DNA of 63,950 nt, the filler included, from Guillardia theta CCMP2712 (Eukaryota; Protista; Cryptophyta), in assembly GCF_000315625.1 (NCBI RefSeq). It is 3 parts of 3 records of this genome, joined end to end, with 100 filler letters (N's around TTAATTAATTAA, not from the genome) between each part and the next. Parts side by side here need not be neighbours in the genome. Positions count along the whole stretch, not along the records: positions 1 to 22,770 come from NW_005434655.1; 2 more parts are not named here. One strand, written 5' to 3'. Made by a program: the position numbers and the translations under genes. Within the stretch, counting starts at the first letter, position 1. Every line of letters begins with the position of its first letter. The notes beneath the pieces are model-generated. The model did not search any database. It was not told the DNA's origin and saw only the letters and a program-made list of their open reading frames with translations. Shown in pieces: positions 1 through 12,177 of this stretch.

Positions 1-153
1 GTACCTGGGTGCCAGCAGTGCTGGTTCTTTTCGGGCTTGTGTTTTGTGTGTGATTGTGCAGCTTCTCGCTGTGGACTGTGTACCTGCCGGTTCAGCTTGT
101 TCCTGCTTTGTTTTGCTTGAGGCACTTTTTATCTTCTGCCAGTAAATCCTATA
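1..153 (+). mobile_element. 3' UTR fragment of the same CRE-like element
   Basis: Matches the reverse complement of ~1489-1636 and ends in CCAGTAAATCCTATA. Confidence 0.85.
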
Positions 154-154
154 T

Positions 155-1066
155 ATGTTGCAGCGTCTGAGAAGATTCGCAAACATCGCGCTGCATATGC
201 CATGACTACTCCTCCTCGAGCGTTCATCCCTCTTGCCATCTCGACGGACGGTACCCTGCATCCTGACACCCTCCGCTTCATCTGGTATTTGGCGGACATC
301 ATTGCTCAGCGCTCAATGCCTCTTGAGGATGCGGCGTTTGGTCGGCACTTCGTGCCTGATGACGGACCTGCTGCTGAGGTCTTGGCTCGCAAACGCGCCG
401 CCACCTATCAGCGCCTCACCATGCAGCTGACGCTGGAGGCGCTCTTGTCTGGTGCGAGGCGCATGACGCCCTTGCGGGCGCAAGCACTTCTCGAGCCAGA
501 GGACAGCTCCTCCTCGGACTTTGTCGAGTCGCCCGAGGGGGAGTCTTCGCCGGAGGTCTCCGACTCCGATGGGGGAAACCCTTCGAGTGGCCCCGACGAT
601 CGGCGCGGAGCTGGCGAGGCGTCTCCGTCCCTCACTGTGACGTCGGGTGCCTCCGGAGAGCTCGACACCACTGGGGTGCTTGCTGCTGGTCCGAGCTCGC
701 CTGCTTCCTCCCCGGCATCGGTCGGGTCACGCCGGTCCTTGGGCATTGCCGCGGCGTCGCCGCCGTCAAGGGCGGCTACCACTGACTCGGCTACCGCTGA
801 CTCGGAGGCTAGCGAGGAGGACTACCTCGAGCGGTACCGTGTTCATGTGTCCAGCCTCCCTCCGTCCGCTGCCCCAGGCGGAACCCCGGGCAACGCCGGC
901 TCCTTGTCGGCGGCTGCCCTTTCTCCGTCCGCGGCCGCCCGCTTTGTGGCGGCAGCGGACGTCTCGACTGACAGTGGTCAGTCGGCTGCCTCCGGGTATC
1001 GCGTGTAAGGGATTTTATTCCTCCTGCATGCTCCTGCTGCTTGTTGCTTGATTGCTTGACCCTTAG
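155..1066 (+). mobile_element. Second, more heavily 5'-truncated copy of the CRE-like element
   Basis: ORF 202-1008 is nearly identical to the last ~268 aa of ORF 1741-3873 and is followed by the start of the 3' UTR; it directly abuts the 3' end of the copy at 1-153. Confidence 0.9.
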
Positions 1067-1488
1067 GGTNNNNNNNNNNNNNNNNNNNNNNNNNNNNNNN
1101 NNNNNNNNNNNNNNNNNNNNNNNNNNNNNNNNNNNNNNNNNNNNNNNNNNNNNNNNNNNNNNNNNNNNNNNNNNNNNNNNNNNNNNNNNNNNNNNNNNNN
1201 NNNNNNNNNNNNNTGTCCAGCCTCCCTCCGTCCGCTGCCCCAGGCGGAACCCCGGGCAACGCCGGCTCCTTNNNNNNNNNNNNNNNNNNNNNNNNNNNNN
1301 NNNNNNNNNNNNNNNNNNNNNNNNNNNNNNNNNNNNNNNNNNNNNNNNNNNNNNNNNNNNNNNNNNNNNNNNNNNNNNNNNNNNNNNNNNNNNNNNNNNN
1401 NNNNNNNNNNNNNNNNNNNNNNNNNNNNNNAGGCTGCTTGTCTGCGCGGCTTCTCGCTTGGGCTGGCGCTGCCGCGTCTGGGTTGCGG

Positions 1489-4026
1489 TATAGGATTTAC
1501 TGGCAGAAGATAAAAAGTGCCTCAAGCAAAACAAAGCAGGATCAAGCTGAACCGGCAGGTACACAGTCCACAGCGAGAAGCTGCACAATCACACACAAAA
1601 CACAAGCCCGAAAAGAACCAGCACTGCTGGCACCCAGACGCGGCAGCGCCAGCCCAAGCGCGAAGCCGCGCAGACAAGCAGCCTAAGGGTCAAGCAATCA
1701 AGCAACAAGCAGCAGGAGCATGCAGGAGGAATAAAATCCCTTAGACGCGATACCCGGAGGCAGCCGACTGACCACTGTCAGTCGAGACGTCCGCTGCCGC
1801 CACAAAGCGGGCGGCCGCGGACGGAGAAAGGGCAGCCGCCGACAAGGAGCCGGCGTTACCCGGGGGTCCGCCTGGGGCAGCGGACGGAGGGAGGCTGGAC
1901 ACATGAACACGGTACCGCTCGAGGTAGTCCTCCTCGCTAGCCTCCGAGTCAGCGGTAGCCAAGTCAGTGGTAGCCGCCCGTGACGGCGGCGACGCCGCGG
2001 CAATGCCCAAGGACCGGCGTGACCCGACCGATGCCGGGGAGGAAGCAGGCGAGCTCGGACCAGCAGCAAGCACCCCAGTGGTGTCGAGCTCTCCGGAGGC
2101 ACCCGACGTCACAGTGAGGGACGGAGACGCCTCGCCAGCTCCGCGCCGATCGTCGGGGCCACTCGAAGGGTGTCCCCCATCGGAGTCGGAGACCTCCGGC
2201 GAAGACTCCTCGGGCGACTCGACAAAGTCCGAGGAGGAGCTGTCCTCTGGCTCGAGAAGTGCTTGCGCCCGCAAGGGCGTCATGCGCCTCGCACCAGACA
2301 AGAGCGCTTCCAGCGTCAGCTGCATGGTGAGGCGCTGATAGGTGGCGGCGCGTTTGCGAGCCAAGACCTCAGCAGCAGGTCCGTCATCAGGCACGAAGTG
2401 CCGACCAAACGCCGCATCCTCAAGAGGCATCGAGCGCTGAGCAATGATGTCCGCCAAATACCAGATGAAGCGGAGGGTGTCAGGATGCAGGGTACCGTCC
2501 GTCGAGATGGCAAGAGGGATGAACGCTCGAGGAGGAGTAGTCATGGCATATGCAGCGCGATGTTTGCGAATCTTCTCAGACGCTGCAACATGGAGGGCGT
2601 CGAGGTTGACCTCCCCCCACTTGGTCAGGTACAGGTCGGCAGAGCTACCAATGTAAGGGTGGACCAACGTCACGTCCGCCATCAAGCCCTCGTACTGCTC
2701 GGACCCTCGATCGCGGATTCCAGGAATGTGGATATCGCCCTTCATCTTGCGGCCATGAGGATGGGAGGGTACCTGCCGTCGAGAACGAGGATCCCCCACT
2801 GTATCGATGACGCTCTGAAGACCAGCTTCGTTCAGCATCGACCGAATCGTACGAGTAAGGTTGTCATGCGCCGTGGGAAGCTTGGAGGATCGGCGTTTGC
2901 AGGTCTGGAGATGATGTGCAGCAACGGAGGGATCGAGCTCGCGCTGACATCCATCACATTTTGTCGGACACTGGCAGATCGGCATGCCATGGAGATAGCA
3001 GTCGAGCATCTGAGCATAGCGGTGCGGGAAGGCCTTGAGGGGGTAGTAGCTCGAGACTCGCATCGGAGAGTGGCTCAGGTCTCGCTCAGGAAAATGAGCG
3101 AAGATGGTAGACTGCAAGACCCTATCCTGCGACTTGAGCGAGTGTGTCCTGCGGCTGTGCAAGGTGAGGATATCACGCTGCTGATCGGTCAGCGCAGCGC
3201 GAGCATGCACATGGCGAGGGAAGACGCGCATGACAAGAGGAGTCACATTTCGCTGCGCAGGGGGAGGAATGAAGTGCTCATGAGACGAGTCGACGAGAGC
3301 GCGCAAACCAGGGATGTGTACCACAGATGCCGGGGGGCGTCCTGCGTCATCAGGCACAGCAGCCGGGGCAGGTGGGATCGCCGCGCCATCTGCAGCCGGT
3401 GCAGGAGCCTTGACACGACGGTAGAGGATCGCTCCAGCATTATGAACGAAGTCGTGCGCCTCAACGAAGAAGGTCGCCAGAGGATGCTTCTGGGCACGGA
3501 GAGATCTCGAGCAGTGAACGTCCAGGCTATGAGGAGAGGGCAAGGTCCGGGACATCGGCTGGTCAGAGTACCAAGCGAGGAAGCGAGCGATAGCTGTATA
3601 GTAAACAGCGGGGTGTAGACCCTCAGAGGGCGTGAACTCGTCCCCTCCTCGACTATGCGGAAGCTCCCGCTTGAACCTCGCAAACTCTAGCAGGTCGGGA
3701 TGCGCGGCAAGGTACTGCGAGGAAGGCCAGCGGTGGTATTTCTCAAGCGCCAGGTGGACAGAGAGGTCAAAGCGACGAATCTGTGATTGGACCCGCGGGA
3801 GAAACGGAGAAGACCCCTGGAGGAAGAAGCGCAGCTTCTGGAGATGGCTCGCCCTCACCAGCGTCTTGAACATGAAGCCATGCTGGACGAGCCCGAGCTT
3901 CGAGAGCTCTTCGTTGAGGGTAGAAACCTTCGCTCGGAGCTGACTAGCATGAAATCCATCCGTGCCGATAGGCAGGCCGCCAAGTGTAATCCCGCCAGTG
4001 ACGACCTCGAAGTGAAGAAGTTGACT
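1489..4026 (-). mobile_element. 5'-truncated CRE/Zepp-clade non-LTR retrotransposon (end of RT, thumb, CCHC knuckle, restriction-like endonuclease, ~250-bp 3' UTR)
   Basis: ORF 1741-3873 stays open upstream to ~4026 and reads GITLGGLPIGTDGF (RT motif 7 of CRE type). It then contains CDGC...HHLQTC, AHDNL, KGDI, ADVT, EKIRKH and FIPLAISTDG, the Zn knuckle plus RLE signature. The 3' UTR ends in CTGCCAGTAAATCCTATA with no poly(A). Confidence 0.85.
1741..4026 (-). CDS. C-terminal part of the retrotransposon polyprotein (RT thumb, zinc knuckle, RLE, Ser/Ala-rich tail); 5' end missing
   Basis: 710-aa ORF plus ~50 in-frame upstream codons; motifs as above. Confidence 0.8.
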   Translation of the reverse strand, partial: SQLLHFEVVTGGITLGGLPIGTDGFHASQLRAKVSTLNEELSKLGLVQHGFMFKTLVRASHLQKLRFFLQGSSPFLPRVQSQIRRFDLSVHLALEKYHRWPSSQYLAAHPDLLEFARFKRELPHSRGGDEFTPSEGLHPAVYYTAIARFLAWYSDQPMSRTLPSPHSLDVHCSRSLRAQKHPLATFFVEAHDFVHNAGAILYRRVKAPAPAADGAAIPPAPAAVPDDAGRPPASVVHIPGLRALVDSSHEHFIPPPAQRNVTPLVMRVFPRHVHARAALTDQQRDILTLHSRRTHSLKSQDRVLQSTIFAHFPERDLSHSPMRVSSYYPLKAFPHRYAQMLDCYLHGMPICQCPTKCDGCQRELDPSVAAHHLQTCKRRSSKLPTAHDNLTRTIRSMLNEAGLQSVIDTVGDPRSRRQVPSHPHGRKMKGDIHIPGIRDRGSEQYEGLMADVTLVHPYIGSSADLYLTKWGEVNLDALHVAASEKIRKHRAAYAMTTPPRAFIPLAISTDGTLHPDTLRFIWYLADIIAQRSMPLEDAAFGRHFVPDDGPAAEVLARKRAATYQRLTMQLTLEALLSGARRMTPLRAQALLEPEDSSSSDFVESPEESSPEVSDSDGGHPSSGPDDRRGAGEASPSLTVTSGASGELDTTGVLAAGPSSPASSPASVGSRRSLGIAAASPPSRAATTDLATADSEASEEDYLERYRVHVSSLPPSAAPGGPPGNAGSLSAAALSPSAAARFVAAADVSTDSGQSAASGYRV

Positions 4027-6760
4027 GGGTGCCAGCAGTGCTGGTTCTTTTCGGGCTTGTGTTTTGTGTGTGTTTGTGCAGCTTCTCGCTGTGGACTGTG
4101 TGCCTGCCGGTTCCGCTTGTTCCTGCTTTGTTTTGCTTGAGGCACTTTTTACCTTCTGCCAGTAAATCCTATACTGGCATATGCAGCGCGATGTTTGCGA
4201 ATCTTCTCAGACGCTGCAACATGGAGGGCGTCGAGGTTGACCTCCTCTGCCAGTAAATCGGATCTATACCTCCTCCCACTTGGTCAGGTCGGCAAACAAG
4301 CAGCAGGAGCATGCAGGAGGATAAAATCCCTTAGACGCGATACCCGGAGGCAAACACACACAAAACACAAGCCCGAAAAGAACCAGCAGCCGACGCGCCC
4401 ACTGTGACCTCGGACGTCGGATGCCGGAGAGCTCGACACCACGATCCTCCAAGCTTCCCACGCACTTTTTATCTTCTGCCAGTAAATCCTATAAGTTACT
4501 GTTCACGACGCATGACAACCGTACCCTGCATCCTGACACCCTCCGCAGCCTCCCTCCGTCCGCTGCCCCTGGCGGACCCCCGGGCAGCGCCGGCTCCTTG
4601 TCGGCGGCTGCCCTTTCTCCGTCCGCGGCCGCCCGCTTTGTGGCGGCAGCGGATAGGATTTACTGGCAGAGGGTAAAAAGTGCCTCAACGGACGTCTCGA
4701 CTGACAGTGGTCAGTCGGCTGCCTCCGGGTATCGCGTCTAAGGGATTTTATTCCTCCTGCATGCTCCTGCTGCTTGTTGCTTGATTGCTTGACCCTTAGG
4801 CTGCTTGTCTGCGCGGCTTCGCGCTTGGGCTGGCGCTGCCGCGTCTGGGTGCCAGCAGTGCTGGTTCTTTTCGGGCTTGTGTTTTGTGTGTGTTTGTGCA
4901 GCTTCTCGCTGTGGACTGTGTGCCTGCCGGTTCAGCTTGTTCCTGCTTTGTTTTGCTTGAGGTTGTATAGGATTTACTGGCAGAAGGTAAAAAGTGCCTC
5001 AAGCAAAACAAAGCAGGAACAAGCTGAACCGGCAGGCACACAGTCCACAGCGAGAAGCTGCACAAACACACACTTGAGGCACTTTTTACCTTCTGCCAGT
5101 AAATCCTATAACTACAACCATATAACCTTACTCGTACGATTCGGTCGATGCTGAACGAAGCTGGTCTTCAGAGCGTCATCGATACAGATACAGTCGGGGA
5201 TCCTCGTTCTCGACGGCAGGTACCCTTCCCATCCTCATGGCCGCAAGATGAAGGGCGATATCAAACCCCCTGGAATCCGCGATCGACGCGACGCCCTCCA
5301 TGTTGCAGCGTCTGAGAAGATTCGCAAACATCGCGCTGCATATGCCATGACTACTCCTCGAGCGTTTATCCCTCTTGCCATCTCGACTGCAGGAAGATTT
5401 ACTGGCAGAAGGTAAAAAGTGCCTCAAGCAAAACAAAGCAGGAACAAGCTAAACCTCCGGGCACACAGCGCACAGCGAGAAGCTGCACAAACACACACAA
5501 AACACAAGCCCGAAAAGAATCAGCCCAAGCGCGAAGCCGCGCAGACAAGCAGCCTAAGGGTCAAGCAATCAAGCAACAAGCAGCAAGCCGAGAGGATGCG
5601 GCGTTTGGTCGGCACTTCATGCCTGATGACGGGGCTGCTGCTGAGGTCTTGGCTCGCAAACGCGCCGCCACCTATCAGCGCCTCACCATGCAGCTGACGC
5701 TGGAGGCGCTCTTGTCTGGTGCGAGGCGCATGACGCCCTTGCGGGCGCAAGCACTTCTCGAGCCAGAGGTCAGCTCCCGAGTCCTGGCACTTTTTACCTT
5801 CTGCCAGTAAATCCCTCATACGCTCTCCTCGGACTTTGTCGCACGGTCGCCCGAGGAGGAGTCTTCGCCGGAGGTCTCCGACTCCGATGGCTCAACGGTG
5901 ATGTACTGGCAGAAGGTAAAAAGTGCCTCAAGCAGAACAAAGCTGGCAGATCGGCATGCCATGAAGATGGCAATGAAGTTAGCAGTCGAGCATCTGAGCA
6001 TAGCGATAAGGGGATAGTAGCTCGAGGCTCGCATCGGAGAGGCTCAGGTCCCGTTCAGGAAAATGAGCAAAGATGGTAGCACGAGCATGGACACGGCAAG
6101 GAACTCGGAAATATCCGCATGACAAGACGAGTCACATTGCGCTGCGGGCCGCAGGCGGAGGAATGAAGTGAGTAAACGAGCGCGCGCAGACTCAGGAGTA
6201 AAACTTCTTTACCTGGCACAGCAGTCTTATGTTTCGTGTGTTTGAGCCGCATTTGTTGCTGCCAGTGTTCCGGGCCCAGTGACTCGCAGAAGGTAAAAGG
6301 TGCCTCAAGCAGAAGAAAGCAGCAACGTCAGGCAGAGAGCACAGAGCAACAAAGCGGTGTACGGAACACAGTTCGCTGCGAAGGCGGAGACACTTCTTAC
6401 CTTGGACTGTTTCCTGCCGACTCGGAGGCTGTGCGGCCTGATGAGTGCAGGACTCAGGAACAAGCAAGACCGGCAGGCATAGAGCACAGAAGAAGTCAGC
6501 CTACGGTACCACGCGGACTCCTCAGAATAGTAAACAGCTAGGTGTTGAGTTTTACTCGCAGACCGTCATGCATAGAGGGCGCAACCTACCTAGGGGGTAT
6601 GCCAGAAGTTCCCACTTGAACCTCGCAAACTCTGCGCGGGAGGTCCTGCTGAAAGTTTTACCTCCGAGCCTAAGCCTGGGGGGGTAAACGCCGGAACGAG
6701 GATGTGCTGGTATTGCATCAAGCAGAAGAAAGCGACGCACAAGCAGGGACTGCTATGCCT
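4026..6760. mobile_element. Scrambled mosaic of CRE-element fragments in both orientations, increasingly degenerate to the right
   Basis: Pieces of ~15-400 bp match parts of 1489-3800 on either strand; the 3'-terminal motif recurs about 10 times. Confidence 0.8.
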
Positions 6761-6947
6761 CACTGCCAGTCGGACTGAGCCCAGCCAGCCTGGCAGTCCG
6801 GACTCCTTATGCCGAGGCCCGGCCCGGAGGCCCGCCCGGACTCCGAGGCTCGGGACTGGGATAGGCCGGACAGGCTACTGAGTGAGTCACGCTACTGAGT
6901 AGTAGGTCCGATCCGATGAGTTTTGAATTTGAAAATGCAGGACGACC

Positions 6948-6948
6948 C

Positions 6949-6979
<31 letters not shown>

Positions 6980-7045
6980 ATGATGATGATGATGATGATG
7001 ATGGTGATGATGATGGTGATGATGATGATGATGATGATGATGATG

Positions 7046-7078
<33 letters not shown>
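6948..7078. repeat. (GAT)n microsatellite
   Basis: Seen directly. Confidence 0.95.
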
Positions 7079-7081
<3 letters not shown>

Positions 7082-7277
7082 TTTGAGGAAGCAGGACCAG
7101 GCCAGCACAAATCATCTCAAGTGAAGAAAGCGTATTCACGAATGAGAGGCGCAGCAATTTGAATAGAGAAAGTCGAGAAACGAGGATTGAGCAGTCATCG
7201 CAAGGGCTGACATGTTACTGCTTTTCAAGGGCTTGCTTGGATGGTTGAGAAGCTAAGGCACTTGTAGTCATCCTAGG

Positions 7278-10200
7278 ATGCTATCAGCCTCACGACCAAA
7301 CACTCCCAGGAGCCGCAGTTCCTGGTTGCGAGCTCCCAACATTCAAGACCTCCTAGGCACCTCCAGGGCGACATACTCCCCGCCCCAACATGTATCTTTC
7401 CGACCCATGTTGACAGCAGACGACAAAGAAAATGAGGACATCCATAATGCAAACACAATTAAGGCTTCGCATCAGAAGAACATGTCAACCAGGTCAAACA
7501 TCGAGAAGCTGGACATGAAGAGCAATGATAAGAGGAGTGACGGGGACAAGGATAAGTACAAAGACATGAGCTTTGATTCCAGTCACCTGTCAGATTCGAT
7601 GCATGAGAAGAAGCTTCGTGCTCAAGCGTCTGATCGACATGACCAGTACATGCGGCGGCTGCACAAACTTTCATTGATGAGACCCCTGGTGCCTCGAGAA
7701 GCAGGAGACTCAGACCACAGGCTGCACGAGCAACAGAGCCTCGCAACCGCGCTTCCTCCGCACAGCTTGTCAAAGATGCGACCCGATGATCATGTAAAGC
7801 CTTCGCTCTCAAATCTGCCAAGTGAGCCGAACAGAGAAGCTGAGGAGTTACTCCAACTGAAAGAAAAATGTCAATCACTGCAGAAACAGCTCGAGCTTGC
7901 AGAGCAATCGAATAAAAATCTGCAGATTAGATTGAGTGACATGACAGAGATGTATGCCATGCTTCAGGTGGTGAAGATAGGGTTCGTCTACTAGTTTTGA
8001 ATCTCATCTTTGCAGAATCGAAGAAGAGAGTCTCTGATAAGGATATCATCTTCAAGATGTCGAAGTAGAGCTCTGATCAGAGCGTTCAGCCAATGGAGTT
8101 GGATGGTATTGCATTTGAGGTTGAGCATGGCAAGGGACTGATTCGATGCAGGTCGTCCTTAAGGACACAAGCGTTCAACACGCACCACATCAAGACTCCA
8201 ACGAAGACGAGGGAGATCAGGTAGCTTGCTCCGATCTATGGCAGTGAGTTTCACTCTTGACCATTTGTTGCATGGTTGTCGGTCTTGCTGTACAGCACTC
8301 TGAGAATGATTTGCATAACATATTGAATTCGATTGAAACAACCACGTCATCCTTAGAGACATGCCTGCGATCGATGAGTGACAAAGAAGGTATTCAAATC
8401 TTGTATGCTTTTAATCTGAGATGGAGAGAAGATTCAAGGTCGAATCTCTCGGAGAAAAGATTTCAATCTGTAAGTGTAGTCCTCGAAATACTTGAGAAGG
8501 AGAAGAACGCCTTGGAGCTCAGGCTTGCAGAGCAAGAAAGCAGACTTGTCATGGAGCAAGTTGGCTTTGACTCGGTGCATGCGAGTGTTGCTGACACCTT
8601 GAACTGCAGGACTCTTGTCAAAAACTAGTTGTTTTGCTCAGCGAGAAAAATTCGGAGATCTCTGACATGCAATCCATAGTACATCAAGTAGAAGAGAGAG
8701 CGCAAGAGGCTCGCGAGGCAGCCTCCTCTTACCAAATTCAAATGAAAGAGCAACAAGCCCTTGTCGAGGTCAGCTCCGTGTGTTTCGATGTCTAGATTCT
8801 AAATTGTGGGCAGAGATTTTACACGACTCAAGGACTATCTTACAAGGATGTACTTGATTTTGAGAAAGAAAAGTACAAACTGGAGGTAAGAATCGAAGAA
8901 TTGCAGGAACAGTTGCAAAAGGTCCGCGTGAAAGATAAAATCCGAGTTTTCGAAGCTTCACCCAGAAATCCGTTCAACACAGAAAAGCAATCAAATCAGA
9001 CTGAACAAGATTTGTTGCCCCAAAATGTTGAGAAATTCTTGCACAAGGTGATAGCATACAATGCACGAAAGCATTCAAGACTTATTCAGCTACGTCACTT
9101 GTTTCATTGGTATCTGTTTGTTGTGAGGAATAGCATCTCAATCAAAGGAGGAAGAAGTGCACTCGATCCCCTCAAACGGATCGACGAGCTTGGCATTGAG
9201 CTCAAGTCGTTGAAGGAGATGTTGGAAAGAGAAAAGAACGGAGCCAGACAAACAGCTAAGGACCGAAGACAAGACCTGCGCCCACAAGCCTTTGAAAGTT
9301 TGCTTGCTGATGACAGCACTCTCGTCACTGTCAGCTCGCTCTCTTTCTCTACCTTTCACTCCGACTGGTCTCCCGTTCAGTCTCAGGCGGATCTGTCACA
9401 TCCGGATGCCTCGGTCGACGAGCAGGTGCTGCTCGTCTCTTTTCCCTCGCCCGCCTCAACGGCTCATCAGGCTCGATCGCTCACCAAACGTTTGGCCTAC
9501 TTCTTGCTTCGGCTCTGTGAGTTTCAAATCTCGATGGGCAAGGCAAACATCTTCGCCAGCGCCTGCTGGGAATTTGCAAACCTGATCCGAAAGAACGAGG
9601 TAAGAATTGATGGCTGTCACAAAAGAATGATGATGTGCGTAGAGCTTCGATGGATCTGATTTCTTCAAACGTTTTGGCCTCTACATGATGATGAAGACAT
9701 GGAAATCAGCAGTCAACGGAGTTTCGAGGAGCTGCTCAACAGATGAGTTGGAAGTCTCTACCAACAGGATCCTCTTCAAGGAAAGCGATGCTTCTATGAT
9801 GTGCTGTACGCACGAAGAAACTTGCGATTTGTCGGGCGTGGAGTTTTCCACAGGAATACGACTGTCATGCAAGATATCAAGAGCAGGCAACGAGGGGCAC
9901 AGACTTGTGGTAGACGACGAGCGTGCAGAGCGTCACAAGAGTCGAGACAAGGTGAGCTGTTTTCCCCGCCTCCTCCCCCATTCCTTTCCCCCTCCCCCTA
10001 CTCCTCCTCGACTCTTGGCCTGACAATTCTCGCAGATGTTTCTCCAGGTGGGCTGTGACCCGCGAACGGTTGAGAATCGATTCTTCGACGTGGACGCATT
10101 ACGAGAAGGTCTGCTGGTCTGCCGGTGCAAGGATCTGAATGCTGGGGCAGCTTGTGACGGCGCGGCACTCTACCGCACATGCTCGCTCGAGCTGACGTCG

Positions 10201-10420
10201 GATGAATTGCCGTCAGTCCCTCCCTTGCACTTAGGCAGCTGACAAGCAATGCAGGACGCAAGAGATCAAGCAGTGGGCGCCGGACTCCAGTGACCAAGAG
10301 GCGAGCAGAGCTGAGTTGCCTTGGACCAGGACAAGCCGGCATAAGTGCAGCGAGGAGGAGAAAGGAAGCCAAGCTTTGCCTCTCCAACCTTTCATCGAGT
10401 TCAATCATGAAAATTCGAGA
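7278..10420 (+). CDS. Multi-exon hypothetical coiled-coil protein (limits approximate)
   Basis: Consecutive + strand ORFs (7278-7994, 8257-8628, 8901-9659 and others) with E/K/Q/L heptad-rich segments, separated by short GT..AG introns. Confidence 0.5.
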
Positions 10421-10718
10421 GACTTTGAGATCGAAGGATTACAGGAAAAGAGCTCGGATGCAGCTGCGAGAAGCAACTCAAGCTTTGATTCTGACGCTTC
10501 AGATGTCAGCACTACATTATTTTTTTGAAAGAAATCGATCTCAATGGAATTTGCGCTACACGCAGACTCACTGACTTCATACCAGTAACATTACCTGTCT
10601 TGGCGTCTCGAACCCTAAGTTAAGCCTGACATCGCCAAGATCTTCTTTCTCGGCGACTTTCAAATTTCGCTCGCCCCTCTCACCGCCCATGACTCGTTGG
10701 AGTAGCAGGAAGAGGCTT

Positions 10719-11980
10719 TCAGTCTGAGCTCGAGCTTGAGTAGCCTCCCAGCAGTCCCGCCAGCTCTGTCTTCTGCCCCTTTGCCGACCCTTCGCCATCC
10801 GCTGCTTCTTCCGCCTTTCGCTTCACCAGAACCCCAGCAAGGCGTTTAGGCTGCGCCTGCACGCCTCCAGTGATAGCAGCTTTCGTGGCAGCCATAACGA
10901 GCTCGCGTTCGCGCTCTCGCGCCTTTTCCTCATCCTCGCTGATCCTGCGGACATTCTTCTCGAACTCTGTCTGCTCAACAAGCTCTTCCTCCTGCTCGAG
11001 CAGACTGAGTTAACATACGTGAAAGAGAAAAACTCACCTCGTCATCGAGCTCGATCTTATCACGAGCATCACCACTCTCCTTCCATCAAAGTTAGACAGC
11101 AAGCGAACCACTCATCGCCACCTGCTCTTTGCGAAGTTTTTCTAAGACTTTGTCCATGTCAACCTTCTGGTGCCTAAATTGAGCCTGAGCGACAGCGGCA
11201 GTGGCATATACTGCATCGACCTTGCATTGAGAGTCTTAGCGTCGTCAAGAGCATCAAGAATGTCCATCTCAATCTAGAAGCGACATTGCCGTTACTTCAA
11301 TCCTTCTCATCGCTGCTCAGCAAAACCTTGTTGTCGTGGGTCTTCTTCTCCAATGCCTTCATGACATCGTTCTCGTCCTCGTCCTCGTCTTCACCACGCC
11401 TGTCGTTCCAAACCTCGTAATTTCCTGAGATCGAGTAATCAGGAATACGAAAAAGATGAAGCAGAGCTAACTCGTAGCTCCATGCTCTAGAATGTAATCG
11501 GCATGCTCGGGATCTGTTCGGAACACGATCTCGCTGGCACAACGAGGACATTTGATGAAGAATCTAAGGGATGGAGTGAGAGGCCGCGAGGAGAAGGGAA
11601 TGCAGAGGCAACCTGTGAATGTGGATACCAAGATACGTCACATCCTGAGCAATCTCCTTCTTGGAATTGAATTTCTTTCCTCGATAGCTGAACTCCTTGC
11701 ACATGGAGCAGCAGCTGGAGGGACAGACAAGTCAATATGACGATGACACGAGTCGGCGGGTACAGGGTGAAGGGGATCATGATGCGAACTTCAATCTGCC
11801 GATCTCCTGCAGCTCAACCTTTGAGAAGCTCATCAAGGGGCCATGGCTCTCACGTGGCTTTCGATTCCTCGGAAGAAGAGTCGGGTCGAAGTCCGGCGGG
11901 TAGTACTTGTTCAGCACCTGCATGTCCCTGTGAGAACAAGCAGCTTAGCTCTTCTCCTCACTCACTTTACGTTCTCCCAT
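10719..11980 (-). CDS. YJU2: Splicing factor YJU2/CCDC94 (CWC16 family), spliced
   Basis: Exons read MGERK|[12 protein letters not shown]...[11 protein letters not shown]...[19 protein letters not shown]...YLGIHIHR|[30 protein letters not shown], ending [11 protein letters not shown]. Confidence 0.93.
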
Positions 11981-12177
11981 CTTGTGCGGTGGAGCAGGTA
12001 AGGAGGCAGAGAGGAGCCGTCCAGGGAGCCTCAGGCTGCGGTCTTGAGTACTCTAGTGACGCCCGGCTCAAAGTGCCGGGCCGCAGCCCGGGCCCGCGCG
12101 ATAAATTTTCGCAATGCAGCAGCGGTCAGGGAGAAGTGGAGCAGCTGTCAGAGGTGGCCGGGATCGAGTTGCCCATC

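Noticed and set aside
1214-1271. Short island between N runs duplicating ~848-905
   Set aside because: Flanked by masked sequence; cannot be distinguished from an assembly artifact
2170-3618. 482-aa antisense ORF over the retrotransposon ORF
   Set aside because: It is in codon-on-codon register with the sense ORF, so it stays open whenever TTA/CTA/TCA codons are rare in GC-rich coding DNA; no motifs
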